DNA of 64,000 bases from Burkholderiales bacterium (GTDB taxonomy: Bacteria > Pseudomonadota > Gammaproteobacteria > Burkholderiales > Burkholderiaceae). Made by a program: the position numbers and the translations under genes. The notes beneath the pieces are model-generated. The model made no database searches. It was not told where the DNA came from and was given only the letters and a program-made list of their open reading frames with translations. Every line of letters begins with the position of its first letter. Position 1 is the stretch's first letter. The DNA is taken from NCBI GenBank assembly GCA_041307885.1, contig JBFZCO010000062.1, positions 3,904-67,903 of the forward strand, read 5' to 3'. Shown here one piece after another: positions 31,595-42,289 of this stretch.

Positions 31595-32416
31595 TTAGTT
31601 GGTTTTGAACATCACATCCCGCGAGGAGGATAGTAAATGTTGTCCACCATCTACATATAAAGTAGTACCAGTAATCGCATTTGCGCTTGCTAAAAATACT
31701 GCGGCCTTAGCAATATCACTTGGGGTCGACGATTTTCCTAAAGGAGTCATTTGATGCGCCTTTGCAAAACCCTCACTCGTTTGGTCTCCTGATACTAATG
31801 AGATTCCGGGGGCCAATCCAACTACCCTTAAGTGAGGAGCAAAATCGACTGCCAACAACTCAACAGAGGTTAGTAACGCAGCTTTGGATAAGGTATATGA
31901 CAAGAAATCAGGATTGAGATTAATTAATTTTTGATCAAGCAATTGAATGACTGAGGCAATCGAAGATCCTGTCTCAGAGTTATCTAGAGATCTCTTTTTA
32001 CAATAAGCAAACATGTGTTGAGATAACAAAATTGGTGCGGCTAGATTCACTTGCATGTGTTCATGTAAATTCTTTCCACTCAAAGGGGTAGTGGAATTCG
32101 CACGATCAAATTCAAAGATCGAGGCGCTGTTTACTAAACAAGCGAGATTTTCAAACTCAGAACTGACTGCCAAAAATAATCGATTGATTTCATCCTCTTG
32201 AGTAAGATCGGCCTGAAAAGCTTTCGCTCTGCGCCCTAAGCCTTCAATTTCAGCTACTGTTGCCAGAGCCTCAGACTCTGACTGCCCGAAATGGATCGCT
32301 ACATCCCAGCCTTGACGAGCAAACTCCAAGGCGATTTCACGACCGAGGCGCTTTGCTGCGCCGGTCACTAAAACTGCTTTATTTTGCAAAGGTGAAGGGT
32401 TTGAACTCAAGTTCAC
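31595..32416 (-). CDS. SDR oxidoreductase (pteridine reductase/FolM-like)
   Basis: TGAAKRLG with the Arg typical of pteridine reductases, YTLSK; adjacent to folB. Confidence 0.8.
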   Translation of the reverse strand: MNLSSNPSPLQNKAVLVTGAAKRLGREIALEFARQGWDVAIHFGQSESEALATVAEIEGLGRRAKAFQADLTQEDEINRLFLAVSSEFENLACLVNSASIFEFDRANSTTPLSGKNLHEHMQVNLAAPILLSQHMFAYCKKRSLDNSETGSSIASVIQLLDQKLINLNPDFLSYTLSKAALLTSVELLAVDFAPHLRVVGLAPGISLVSGDQTSEGFAKAHQMTPLGKSSTPSDIAKAAVFLASANAITGTTLYVDGGQHLLSSSRDVMFKTN

Positions 32417-32441
32417 TTAAATTCTCTTAGACTAGCGAGCT

Positions 32442-33629
32442 ATGGATATTACCTTGACCAGCGTCGAAACGGCTCATACAGAGCGCCTAAACCAAAAAAT
32501 ATTGGCAGAAATCACCTCCCAAGGCGGTTGGATACCGTTTTCAAGATACATGGAACTGGCCCTCTATGAGCCAGGAATGGGATATTACAGCGCTGGCGCC
32601 CACAAATTAGGCGCTGGTGGGGATTTCACTACAGCGCCTGAGCTATCCCCTCTATTTGGCGCTGCCATTGTTTCTACCTTAATACCCATACTGGAAGGGC
32701 TACGAAACAAAGGCCTACCTACTCGAATCTTAGAATTTGGGGCTGGAACCGGCAAATTGGCCGAATCTATTCTGACTCGCCTTCATGAGCTCGAGATCCC
32801 CTTAGATCATTACGACGTGATTGAGATCTCGCCTGATTTGGCCCAAAGACAAGAGCAGCGCATGCAAGGGCTCGTTCAATCTCTCAATACCTCTACTAAA
32901 TGCACTTGGCTCAGTTCTGTGCCAAATCATTTCCAGGGAATCATTCTGGCAAACGAAGTGATTGATGCCATTCCTTGTGAAGCCATCATTTATCAAAATG
33001 GATTCTGGTACTGGTATGGCGTAACAATGATTGATGGCAAACTAAATTGGCAGATAGGCAAGCCAGTTGAGCAATCCTTACTACCCCAATCCCTTCTCAC
33101 CGGAGATTTTTCAGAAGGATATATCACCGAATTGCATCCCCAAGCAAATGCTTGGATGCATCATGTAGCAGGTCAAATGGATCTTGGCTTATTTTTAGCT
33201 TTTGATTACGGATTTCCAGAAGCTGAGTATTACCACGCACAACGCCTAGAGGGTACTCTCATGGCACATCACAGGCACCATGCTATTCAAGATCCATTTC
33301 ATCTGCCAGGACTTTGTGACTTAACTACGCATGTTCAATGGTCGCAAATCGCTCGCAGTGCAATCGCACAAAACGTCGATGATGTCTATCTTAGTAATCA
33401 AGCTAGTTACTTACTAGATGCTGGCATTGGTCAAATTGCATTGGAAGTGAGCGACCCCAGTCATCCAGAAACTTTCTTACCCATTTCGAATGCACTTCAA
33501 AAACTTCTATCTGAAGCAGAAATGGGCGAACTATTTAAAGTGTTTGCTTTTTCAAAGAAATTAAATACCGTATTACCAGGCCAAACTCTAGAAGACTTAC
33601 CTGGCTTGAGAGGCAGAAATCGTCTCTAA
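32442..33629 (+). CDS. SAM-dependent methyltransferase, MidA/NDUFAF7 family
   Basis: YM..ALY.P..GYY, GDFTTAPELS, EFGAGTG, ANEVIDA, DYG, DLTTHV and EMGELFKV motifs. Confidence 0.9.
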   Translation: MDITLTSVETAHTERLNQKILAEITSQGGWIPFSRYMELALYEPGMGYYSAGAHKLGAGGDFTTAPELSPLFGAAIVSTLIPILEGLRNKGLPTRILEFGAGTGKLAESILTRLHELEIPLDHYDVIEISPDLAQRQEQRMQGLVQSLNTSTKCTWLSSVPNHFQGIILANEVIDAIPCEAIIYQNGFWYWYGVTMIDGKLNWQIGKPVEQSLLPQSLLTGDFSEGYITELHPQANAWMHHVAGQMDLGLFLAFDYGFPEAEYYHAQRLEGTLMAHHRHHAIQDPFHLPGLCDLTTHVQWSQIARSAIAQNVDDVYLSNQASYLLDAGIGQIALEVSDPSHPETFLPISNALQKLLSEAEMGELFKVFAFSKKLNTVLPGQTLEDLPGLRGRNRL

Positions 33630-33630
33630 G

Positions 33631-34770
33631 CTAGGTATTTAGTACAGAGGCAATTGCCGACAGTCTGGCAGTATCGACTGCGCTACGAATGCACTCGCCG
33701 TTAGACCGATCTTGAGCGGGAATACTCTCAATAATATTGGCGGTATTAAGTGATTGGGCTTTTTGTAATGCTAAAGTTAAATCGCTCACATCAAATTGAA
33801 TACGTTTTGCTAAATCTAGCAAAGCATGAGCGCGCTCAGGTTTGCGCCAAACATCTGCGCGATTAAACCAAGTCAATACATCTACTACGAGATAGGATTT
33901 ACTTGTTGAATTGCTGCTGGCAGCAATGAGTTGATAGAGCTCGCAAAAAATTTCACTGAAATCCCTCACCTCGTGAGGCATGCGAATAGTCTGTGCCCAA
34001 GAGCGAATTTCACTTGCACTCAAATGCATGAGGGTAACTGCACAACGATCCTCTAAGCGAGCATCAGAAGCATGCAGATGGTCAATCAATTCTTTGCGGA
34101 ATTCATCTTTAGATATACTAATCGCCAATGGTGTCGGGAGTAGAACATTTACTGCTCCAGAATCTAACAGCACTTGGAACATATGCATTGGATTACTAGC
34201 TGTCAGACCCTTTGCCAGTTCTTGCCAAATTCTTTCTGGAGAAAGGGCTGCCAACTCATCGGAACGAACAATAGCCTGTAAGGCTGCCATCGTCTCAGGG
34301 GCCACCATGAAATTGGGAAAGCGCGCAGCAAACCGAGCAATACGCAGGAGACGCAAGGGGTCCTCAGCAAATGCATCAGATACATGACGAAAAACCCTAG
34401 CGGCTAAATCTTGTTGGCCATTGAATGGGTCCAAAATAGGACCGACCCATTGGCCATCTTCTCTTACCTCTTGAGCCATCGCGTTGATCGTTAAATCACG
34501 TCGCTCCAAATCTTGCTCTAGCGTGACCGAAGGGTCGGCATGAAACATAAACCCTTTATAACCTTTGCCTGTTTTTCGCTCAGTCCGAGCTAAAGCATAT
34601 TCAGCTTGAGTACTAGGGTGCAAGAAGACAGGAAAGTCTTTACCAACCGGGCGAAATCCTTGGGCTAGCATTTCATCTACGCTAGAACCCACCACGACAT
34701 AATCAATATCATGCACTGGTAAACCCATGAGGGTATCCCGAATAGCACCACCCACTGCGTAGATTTTCAT
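33631..34770 (-). CDS. cca: CCA tRNA nucleotidyltransferase (short form, no HD domain evident)
   Basis: [19 protein letters not shown] and EDPLRLLR motifs. Confidence 0.92.
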   Translation of the reverse strand: MKIYAVGGAIRDTLMGLPVHDIDYVVVGSSVDEMLAQGFRPVGKDFPVFLHPSTQAEYALARTERKTGKGYKGFMFHADPSVTLEQDLERRDLTINAMAQEVREDGQWVGPILDPFNGQQDLAARVFRHVSDAFAEDPLRLLRIARFAARFPNFMVAPETMAALQAIVRSDELAALSPERIWQELAKGLTASNPMHMFQVLLDSGAVNVLLPTPLAISISKDEFRKELIDHLHASDARLEDRCAVTLMHLSASEIRSWAQTIRMPHEVRDFSEIFCELYQLIAASSNSTSKSYLVVDVLTWFNRADVWRKPERAHALLDLAKRIQFDVSDLTLALQKAQSLNTANIIESIPAQDRSNGECIRSAVDTARLSAIASVLNT

Positions 34771-34774
34771 GAAC

Positions 34775-35683
34775 TTATTTCATGCCTTCCAAAGTACGGC
34801 GACTAATCCCAAATACTTTAGTTAATGCATCTACCCCATTTAACGACAAGATATTAGGAACGCTCATAGATGCGATATTGTCTCGAGACATCAAGGTTGG
34901 TACAGGTAAAAATTCAAATGCGAGCGCTTGTAAATAACCGACAAAGCCAGGGACCGGGATGATGACACATTGTGTCTTGGCCTTACGAGCCGCAAACTCC
35001 ACAATCTCCTTCATTGTGTAGATCGTTGGCCCCACTAAATCATAAGACTGGTAAATAGTGGATGGCATTTTTAGTGCCTTTGTAAAAGCAGTTGCGACAT
35101 CATCTACGCTCACTGGCTGAAATTTTGCATCAGAGTGAGCCAAAGGCATCGCTGGAAATAATTTTGTCAACTTAGCAAACAAGTTAATAAACTGATCTTG
35201 AGCCCCAAAAATGACAGATGGTCTAAAAATAGTCCATGCTAAATTACTTTCTTTTACAAGCTCCTCGCCAGCACCTTTGCTACGCTGATACATAGAAGGC
35301 CCACGAGAATCAGCTCCCAAAGCGCTCATATGCAAATATCGCTTGAGTCCATTCATTTGCATAGCAGTAATAATGTTTTGCGGAAGCTGAACATGTGCCG
35401 CCTTAAACACTTTGCCATACGGTACTGCTGGCTTGTCATGCAAAACTCCAACTAGATTGATGACTGCACCATTTGGCTTAATCCGTGAGCACAAGTCTTG
35501 GAGCGTATCAAACTCGTGAACATCAGCATCCTCTAAATGGACCTTAGGCAACATCCGTAATTCACGTGCTGCTGCTAAATGTCGAGTGGGCAATAGAACA
35601 GAGTACCCCTCTGCCTGAAGTTGGGCAGCGAGCACTCGCCCCACAAAACCATTTCCACCAATTAATAAAATATCGTATTTCAT
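34775..35683 (-). CDS. Complex I NDUFA9-like NAD(P)-binding epimerase family protein
   Basis: GGNGFVG, VINLVG, HMSALGA, YQRSK, RPSVIFG and [10 protein letters not shown] motifs; start ATG 35683. Confidence 0.85.
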   Translation of the reverse strand: MKYDILLIGGNGFVGRVLAAQLQAEGYSVLLPTRHLAAARELRMLPKVHLEDADVHEFDTLQDLCSRIKPNGAVINLVGVLHDKPAVPYGKVFKAAHVQLPQNIITAMQMNGLKRYLHMSALGADSRGPSMYQRSKGAGEELVKESNLAWTIFRPSVIFGAQDQFINLFAKLTKLFPAMPLAHSDAKFQPVSVDDVATAFTKALKMPSTIYQSYDLVGPTIYTMKEIVEFAARKAKTQCVIIPVPGFVGYLQALAFEFLPVPTLMSRDNIASMSVPNILSLNGVDALTKVFGISRRTLEGMK

Positions 35684-35705
35684 ACTGCTCCCATTTTTAG
35701 AAATG

Positions 35706-37664
35706 CTATGGCAATTCAGAAGGATTTGCTGCTTTGGGAGCAATCACCCCCAGACGCTGTTTTAATGACTGCGTTTGTCCATGCATGACTGATGAATAGT
35801 AGGTTGCATTAGCCAGTACATTTTTTACATAAGTTCGAGTCTCATGAAATGGGATCGTTTCTGCAAAAATGGCACCTTCGGTTGGACTAGTGAGTTTTTC
35901 ACGCCAAGCCTTGGAGCGAGACGGGCCAGCGTTATAGGCCGCTGATGCCAAAACCCAAGAACCATCCAGATCAACCAAAACCATATTTAAGTAATTACTG
36001 CCCAAGGTTAAGTTAGTGTTCGTATCAGTCAACTTGTCATTGGTATACGAGGTCATCCCAATTTTTTTAGCCACATATTTTGCGGTATTTGGCATTACCT
36101 GCATTAAACCTGAGGCGCCAACAGAAGAAGAGGCATTCATAATGAAGCGAGATTCCTGACGGATTAAGCCGTAAGTCCATGCCAAGTTCAAATCGATTTG
36201 TTTTGCAATCGGAGAGAGCTCTTCACGAAAAGGAGTGGGATAGCGCAAACTAAAGTCATGCTCTTGCTTAGTGCGGTCTGCAGTATTCACAACCCGGTCA
36301 TACAAACTAATTTTCTTGGCATATTCAGCAGCAGCTAGCAACTGCTTATCACTCATATTGCGCAATTCCCAATTCCACTCACGGTTACCTTCAAAGCGCA
36401 AATTCATGGCATACAGGCGTTCGCCTCGATTAAATCCCTTGCGGTTAGCCATGGATTCAATCTCTTGATCACTCACCTTGGTTCGAGCAGGAGCCTGGTT
36501 AGATTTACCTAAATCTTCTCTTGCGAGTTGTCCATAAAAATTGAACTGTTCAGCAACTAATTCGAGATTTTCACGGGCCTTGTCATTTTGACCATCAGCC
36601 TTTAATGCACGCGCATACCAATATGTCCAAGCTGGATCTTTACTCCGCACTGCAGGATTCATACCTTCAATCGCATTCTTTACTAAGTTCCAATCTTTTG
36701 CGCGCAAGCCAGCGCGCACTTTCCACTCTTGACCCTCAGTTGAGAGTAGCTCGTTGTAACCGAGATCTTGTTGGAATCGATAAGCATCATCAGCTTTAGG
36801 GTCTAGTTTCTTGGCCAAAAATTGACCGATCACACCCCAAGCTACTGCTTGATTTTCTTTGCTATATCGCGAAGCGTTTTGAGAAAAATCTCTAAATGCT
36901 TTATTGGGATCTGATTTGGCTGCCTTTACAACATCAGCAATTGGATCTTCTCCGCCAATGCGGCGTGACATCGTTTCAAACCCCATCTCACTAGCTGCAC
37001 GGCCTAAGGCTTTTGCCTCACTAGGCGTCACTCCACCAGCTCCTACCAAAAGAGGAATTAGCTCTTGGCAAGCCTGACCAAAAAAACGCGGGTCCAATAA
37101 AATTGCTCGGGCATCTATTGCCAACTTAGTTGGGTTATCACCTTGCGCAAGCTTCGACTGTATTGCATAGCATTTAACCTGAGTATCGTCATCTAAGACA
37201 AACTTTGGATACTCAGCATCAAAACGAGACCAATCTTTGCGCTTACCCAATACGAGCAACCAATCATTACGCATACGATCAGCTAAAGCAGCTCCCTCAT
37301 GCTGATTTAAAAAAGCAATCACTTGTGCGTCAGCATTGGTATCGGCACGCGCATTACCAGCACTATCAAACATCTGCGGTTTAATCCGAAAATAAGCCAC
37401 ATAATCATCGAATGGATAATTCGCCAGATTAGAGGCTAAAGTCTGTGCTCGCGCAGCATCATTCCTTTTAGCAGCTTCACGTAATTCAATAAAAGTACGA
37501 TCGCCCTCGGTCATCTCAAAAGCGGATGTCCTACTTTCTTTTTGGGAGGTAGACTTCTTCGATTTTTCTGCAGAAATGCTAGGCGTAGATATAAAGAGGG
37601 CGAGCAACAGCATTCCCCCGAGAGCGCACTGATACGTTCTTGCTACCCTAAACTTCATTTTCAC
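35706..37664 (-). CDS. slt: Soluble lytic murein transglycosylase (Slt70-like)
   Basis: Signal peptide; IRQESRF, GLMQVMP.TA, AAYNAGP and ETRTYVK motifs. Confidence 0.9.
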   Translation of the reverse strand: MKMKFRVARTYQCALGGMLLLALFISTPSISAEKSKKSTSQKESRTSAFEMTEGDRTFIELREAAKRNDAARAQTLASNLANYPFDDYVAYFRIKPQMFDSAGNARADTNADAQVIAFLNQHEGAALADRMRNDWLLVLGKRKDWSRFDAEYPKFVLDDDTQVKCYAIQSKLAQGDNPTKLAIDARAILLDPRFFGQACQELIPLLVGAGGVTPSEAKALGRAASEMGFETMSRRIGGEDPIADVVKAAKSDPNKAFRDFSQNASRYSKENQAVAWGVIGQFLAKKLDPKADDAYRFQQDLGYNELLSTEGQEWKVRAGLRAKDWNLVKNAIEGMNPAVRSKDPAWTYWYARALKADGQNDKARENLELVAEQFNFYGQLAREDLGKSNQAPARTKVSDQEIESMANRKGFNRGERLYAMNLRFEGNREWNWELRNMSDKQLLAAAEYAKKISLYDRVVNTADRTKQEHDFSLRYPTPFREELSPIAKQIDLNLAWTYGLIRQESRFIMNASSSVGASGLMQVMPNTAKYVAKKIGMTSYTNDKLTDTNTNLTLGSNYLNMVLVDLDGSWVLASAAYNAGPSRSKAWREKLTSPTEGAIFAETIPFHETRTYVKNVLANATYYSSVMHGQTQSLKQRLGVIAPKAANPSELP

Positions 37665-37710
37665 CGTCTAGTCCTATCGATTTAATATATCTCTTAATTT
37701 TCGCCTGATA

Positions 37711-38337
37711 ATGGCTGATATGCACGGCAAATCTCCAAAAACTCTAAGACAAGACTTGCTAGCCCAAAGACAACAATTTGCGGCTAGCGCAGAATATTTG
37801 GCTGCTAAAGGCGCTCTGCTGGCTAATCTGGTTCAATTTCTTGCCGACTTCCAAGATCAGGTTTGCAATGTTGCACTCTATTACCCCATACGCGATGAAA
37901 TTGATTTGCGCCCCACGCTCCTAGATTGGGCCAAAGAAAGTCCCAACAAAACCCTGTCTCTTCCCTTTACGCGTGCCGATAAGGGCCTGGATTTTTATGC
38001 CTGGCAAGAAGGAGATCTGCTTATACCGAGCCAACACGGCATCGCTGAACCAGACCCCAATAATCCACGTAGACCCCTTAAGATTCCAGACTGCATTTTG
38101 ATTCCCTGTGTAGGGTGGTCAAAATCAGGCGATAGTGCAATAAAACCATACTGGCGCCTAGGATATGGCGGAGGCTACTTTGACCGAACCTTGGCCAGAC
38201 TAAGACAAACGAAGCCAGAGCTTCTTTGCATTGGAATAGGTTTTGATTGGCAAAAGCTCAATAGTGATCAATGGGAGCCCCAAACACATGACGAGCCCTT
38301 GAATTTACTGCTGACAGAAACTGGCTTGCACTCTTAA
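37711..38337 (+). CDS. 5-formyltetrahydrofolate cyclo-ligase
   Basis: RLGYGGGYFDR, GIAEP and HDEPL motifs. Confidence 0.9.
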   Translation: MADMHGKSPKTLRQDLLAQRQQFAASAEYLAAKGALLANLVQFLADFQDQVCNVALYYPIRDEIDLRPTLLDWAKESPNKTLSLPFTRADKGLDFYAWQEGDLLIPSQHGIAEPDPNNPRRPLKIPDCILIPCVGWSKSGDSAIKPYWRLGYGGGYFDRTLARLRQTKPELLCIGIGFDWQKLNSDQWEPQTHDEPLNLLLTETGLHS

Positions 38338-38344
38338 CTGCTGA

Positions 38345-39175
38345 TTACTTCGTTAAATCCAAATTATCAGCAATAGCCAGAACCGCATCAGCCTGATTTA
38401 AGGAGTAGAAATGCAAACCAGGTGCCCCAGCTGTTAAGAGCTGATCACATAGATCGGTGACTACTTGTTCGCCAAATGCACGAATCGAGGCGATGTCATC
38501 CCCATAAGACTGCAAGCGCAAACGAATCCAGCGGGGAATCTCTGCCCCACATGTATCTGAGAATCTCAATAACTGAGTACTGTTGGTAATAGGCATAATT
38601 CCTGCAATGACTGGCTGAGTAACGCCTAAGTCATAAGCTTCATCAACAAAACGAAAATAGGCATCACTGTTGTAAAAATATTGGGTCACTGCAGAGTTAG
38701 CGCCGGCCTTCATTTTTTGCACAAAGAAATCAACATCGCTAGCAGGAGATTTGGCCTGTGGATGTGTCTCTGGATAAGCGGCGACATCGATGTGAAACCA
38801 GTCACCTGTTTCTGCGCGAATAAATTCGACCAACTCATTGGCATGATGAAACTCGCCATACTGACCCATGCCCGATGGTAAGTCGCCACGCAAAGCCACG
38901 ATTCTTTTAACGCCTAGAGCTTGATATTGCTTGAGCATCTCGCGCACGCTTTCACGTGAACTACCAACACATGACAAATGCGGAGCAACCGCTGCACCGG
39001 CAGCATGAATATCACTCACCACTTTTAATGTGCCAGATTGGGTAGAGCCACCGGCACCAAAAGTCACAGAATAAAACGCGGGCTTGAGGGTTTGACTCAA
39101 ACGCTCGCGTACGAGATGCAACTTATTCTCACCCTCAGGTGTTTTTGGGGGGAAGAATTCGACGCTTAATTCCAT
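38345..39175 (-). CDS. metF: 5,10-methylenetetrahydrofolate reductase
   Basis: SVEFFPPK, SVTFGAGG, ALRGD, AYPETHP and HFYSLN motifs. Confidence 0.96.
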   Translation of the reverse strand: MELSVEFFPPKTPEGENKLHLVRERLSQTLKPAFYSVTFGAGGSTQSGTLKVVSDIHAAGAAVAPHLSCVGSSRESVREMLKQYQALGVKRIVALRGDLPSGMGQYGEFHHANELVEFIRAETGDWFHIDVAAYPETHPQAKSPASDVDFFVQKMKAGANSAVTQYFYNSDAYFRFVDEAYDLGVTQPVIAGIMPITNSTQLLRFSDTCGAEIPRWIRLRLQSYGDDIASIRAFGEQVVTDLCDQLLTAGAPGLHFYSLNQADAVLAIADNLDLTK

Positions 39176-39230
39176 GATCTTGGGCCTGTATCTCTATTTC
39201 TCTATTGAACAATGTCTATCAAGGAGCAGC

Positions 39231-40676
39231 TTAATAACGATAATGATCTGCCTTGTAAGGGCCTTCCTTGGTAACGCCAATATAAGAAGCTTGTTGATCA
39301 GACAATACAGTCAATTCTGCGTTGAGTGTCTTTAACTGCAGACGAGCTACTTTCTCATCCAAGTGCTTAGGTAAGGTGTAAACACCTACTGGATATTTGT
39401 CTGTACCAACCGCATTCCACAATTCGATCTGTGCAATGACCTGATTGGCAAAGGAAGAACTCATGACATACGAAGGATGCCCTGTGCCACAGCCTAAATT
39501 TACCAAGCGGCCTTTAGCCAAAATGATGATGCGCTTCTCAGGCATACCATTGGCAGCCGGGAAAATGACGTGGTCAACTTGTGGCTTTATTTCTTCCCAC
39601 TTGTACTTTTCAATTCCAGCAACATCAATCTCATTATCAAAGTGACCAATATTACAAACGATGGCTTGATTTTTCATCTTTACCATATGGTCATGCGTAA
39701 TCACGTGGTAGTTGCCTGTTGCAGAAACAAAGATATCTGCTTTGTCAGCAGCGTAATCCATCGTTACAACACGATAACCTTCCATCGCAGCTTGCAATGC
39801 ACAAATTGGGTCTACTTCAGTTACCCAAACTTGAGCAGATAAAGCACGCAGAGCTTGCGCAGAACCTTTGCCCACATCGCCATAACCACAAACGACAGCA
39901 ACTTTACCAGCCACCATGACATCAGTCGCACGCTTGATCGCATCAACCAAAGACTCACGGCAACCATACAGGTTATCGAATTTACTCTTAGTAACAGAGT
40001 CATTCACATTAATAGCCGGGAATTTCAACTCACCTTTAGCAAACATCTGATACAAACGATGCACACCAGTAGTCGTTTCTTCAGTAACACCCTTCACTTT
40101 TTCTAAGCGTGTGGAATACCAAGTTGGATCTTTGGCCAATTTATTTTTAATGGCCGAAAAAAGAATGGTTTCTTCTTCGCTAGTCGGGTGATTTAAGCAA
40201 GCTTGATCCTTCTCAGCACGCGCACCGAGGTGTAATAGCAAAGTGGCATCTCCACCATCATCCAAAATCATATTAGTAAAGCCACCATCAGCCCACTCAA
40301 AAATACGGTGGGTGTAATCCCAATATTGTTCAAGAGTTTCGCCCTTGATCGCAAATACTGGTGTGCCATTTGCAGCAATCGCAGCAGCAGCGTGATCTTG
40401 TGTAGAAAAAATATTGCAGGAGGCCCACTGCACTTCGGCACCAAGCGCTTCTAGTGTCTCAATCAGCACAGCCGTTTGAATGGTCATGTGTAATGAACCA
40501 GTGATGCGTGCACCACGCAATGGTTGTTGAGCTGCGAATTCATCACGAATGGCAATGAGACCAGGCATCTCAGTTTCAGCAATCGCGATTTCTTTACGGC
40601 CGAAGTCCGCTAATGTGATGTCAGCAATTGCACAACGAGTCGCAACAAAGTTATTTAAATCAGAAACGGTATTCAT
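39231..40676 (-). CDS. ahcY: Adenosylhomocysteinase
   Basis: [32 protein letters not shown] and NLGCGTGHP motifs; ATG 40676 after GGAG. Confidence 0.97.
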   Translation of the reverse strand: MNTVSDLNNFVATRCAIADITLADFGRKEIAIAETEMPGLIAIRDEFAAQQPLRGARITGSLHMTIQTAVLIETLEALGAEVQWASCNIFSTQDHAAAAIAANGTPVFAIKGETLEQYWDYTHRIFEWADGGFTNMILDDGGDATLLLHLGARAEKDQACLNHPTSEEETILFSAIKNKLAKDPTWYSTRLEKVKGVTEETTTGVHRLYQMFAKGELKFPAINVNDSVTKSKFDNLYGCRESLVDAIKRATDVMVAGKVAVVCGYGDVGKGSAQALRALSAQVWVTEVDPICALQAAMEGYRVVTMDYAADKADIFVSATGNYHVITHDHMVKMKNQAIVCNIGHFDNEIDVAGIEKYKWEEIKPQVDHVIFPAANGMPEKRIIILAKGRLVNLGCGTGHPSYVMSSSFANQVIAQIELWNAVGTDKYPVGVYTLPKHLDEKVARLQLKTLNAELTVLSDQQASYIGVTKEGPYKADHYRY

Positions 40677-40743
40677 CAATGCTCCAGCTAAATACAATCC
40701 AATGCCGGAGTAGAAACTCGCTAGCCATTGAATCATGGGTTAG

Positions 40744-40842
40744 CGAGCGCGGTTGCAATTAGTCAATTTCGTTTAGAAATTCACTCCCTTCAAGCCTGGG
40801 GAAATGCTGGGTTTCAGCATTCCTTGCAACGCTCCTTGAAGG
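40744..40842 (-). ncRNA. SAH riboswitch
   Basis: Minus strand reads CCTTCAAGGAGCGTTGC-[stem GAATGCTG/CAGCATTT]-CCAGGCTTGAAGG...AACCGCGCTC. This has the conserved GAGCGUUGC and CCAGG cores, a pseudoknot GAGCG/CGCUC, and sits directly upstream of ahcY. Confidence 0.9.
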
Positions 40843-40922
40843 TATGGCGAAATTGTAATCAATTTCGCCATATTTGGCTTCAATACAACAAGATACTGTC
40901 GATTCTCTGCGTGGAAAGCAGA

Positions 40923-42089
40923 TTACAGACCAGCTGCTGCGCGCAAGGCAGGCGCCTTATCGCATTGCTCCCATGTAAATTCTAGTTCCTCGCGACCAAA
41001 GTGGCCATAAGCAGCAGTTTTACGATAGATTGGACGCAACAGGTTCAACATCTTCACAATCCCTTTTGGGCGCAAGTCGAAGTGCTCGGAAACTAATTGA
41101 GCAATCTTCTCATCAGAGATCTTGCCTGTTCCAAAAGTGCTCACCATGACAGAGGTGGGCTTTGCTACACCAATTGCATAGGAAATCTGAATTAAGCACT
41201 TACTTGCTAAACCAGCGGCAACCACATTCTTCGCCACATAACGGCCGGCATAGGCTGCAGAGCGGTCAACCTTAGATGGATCTTTACCAGAAAAAGCGCC
41301 GCCACCGTGGGGTGCTGCGCCACCGTAGGTATCCACAATAATCTTACGGCCAGTTAAACCACAGTCACCTTGTGGACCGCCGATTACGAAACGACCTGTT
41401 GGGTTTACCAAAAAGTTAATTGCGCCTTTGATTAAATGCTTAGGCAGTACGGGTTTAATAATTTCTTCAATCACTGCTTCGCGCAAATTTTCCAATGAAA
41501 TATCTTCATCATGCTGCGTAGAAAGGACAACGGTATCAATTGAATCTGGCTTGCCATCGACATAGCGCAATGTCACTTGTGACTTCGCATCTGGACGCAA
41601 CCAATTTAAACGTCCATCACGGCGTAATTGAGATTGACGCTCTACTAAGCGATGTGAAAGATGGATAGGTAGTGGCATGAGCTCTGCGGTCTCATCACAA
41701 GCATATCCAAACATCAGACCTTGGTCACCAGCCCCCTGATCTAGGCCGTCGTCATGCGCTTTATCAACGCCTTGAGCGATATCTGGGCTTTGCTTGTCAT
41801 AGGCAACTAATACAGCACAACCCTTGTAGTCAATGCCATAAGCTGTGTTGTCATAACCAATTTCACGTAAAGTATTGCGCGCTACTTGAATGTAGTCGAC
41901 ATTGGCATTGGTAGTGATCTCACCAGCCAAAACTACCAGGCCAGTGTTACATAAAGTTTCCGCTGCAACACGTGCTGTTGGGTCTTGGGCCAAGATGGCA
42001 TCCAAGATGGAATCAGAAATTTGATCTGCTACTTTGTCAGGATGCCCTTCAGAAACGGACTCTGAGGTGAAGAAGTAATCGTTTGCCAT
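40923..42089 (-). CDS. metK: S-adenosylmethionine synthase
   Basis: [19 protein letters not shown] and [16 protein letters not shown] motifs. Confidence 0.98.
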   Translation of the reverse strand: MANDYFFTSESVSEGHPDKVADQISDSILDAILAQDPTARVAAETLCNTGLVVLAGEITTNANVDYIQVARNTLREIGYDNTAYGIDYKGCAVLVAYDKQSPDIAQGVDKAHDDGLDQGAGDQGLMFGYACDETAELMPLPIHLSHRLVERQSQLRRDGRLNWLRPDAKSQVTLRYVDGKPDSIDTVVLSTQHDEDISLENLREAVIEEIIKPVLPKHLIKGAINFLVNPTGRFVIGGPQGDCGLTGRKIIVDTYGGAAPHGGGAFSGKDPSKVDRSAAYAGRYVAKNVVAAGLASKCLIQISYAIGVAKPTSVMVSTFGTGKISDEKIAQLVSEHFDLRPKGIVKMLNLLRPIYRKTAAYGHFGREELEFTWEQCDKAPALRAAAGL

Positions 42090-42153
42090 TGCTATTCCTT
42101 AAGTAAATTGACACATCTCTACGACAACTCGACGTGCCAGGAACTTCAACGGC

Positions 42154-42207
42154 GACGCTTTAGCAGAATTTCTTGAATCGCCCTGCAAGTTGTCTTAACT
42201 CGGCGAT
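42154..42207 (-). ncRNA. SAM-II-type riboswitch (SAM-II/long-loop class)
   Basis: Minus strand reads ATCGCC GAGTTAAGACAACTTGCAG GGCGAT TCAAGAAATT CTGCTAAAGCGTC. P1 is ATCGCC/GGCGAT, loop UUGCAG pairs with CUGCUAA, and the GCUAAA hallmark is present upstream of metK. Confidence 0.75.
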
Positions 42208-42254
42208 GACTAATTTTATCTGAAAAGCCTCAATCCACCAAAACCAAATCAAAT

Positions 42255-42283
42255 TTGGCCCTTGGCTCAGCATTGAATATCAT
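42255..42283 (+). promoter_or_regulatory. Putative sigma70 promoter of the lpxL-lpxL-dapF run (probably leaderless)
   Basis: TTGGCC-N17-TATCAT, 6 nt before GTG 42290. Confidence 0.5.
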
Positions 42284-42289
42284 TAAGGG

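Noticed and set aside
38948-38963. parS-like TTCACGTGAA core (also partial matches near 6086 and 62468)
   Set aside because: Only about 12/16 identity to TGTTTCACGTGAAACA. All lie in coding sequence, and one is explained by the conserved FHVSP peptide.
40677-40736. Longer N-termini given by the ORF track for ahcY (also argB, gatB, HU, SPOR, NDUFA9-like, acuI, phaM)
   Set aside because: The extensions overlap upstream genes or leaders. Downstream starts match family N-termini and mostly have SD sequences.
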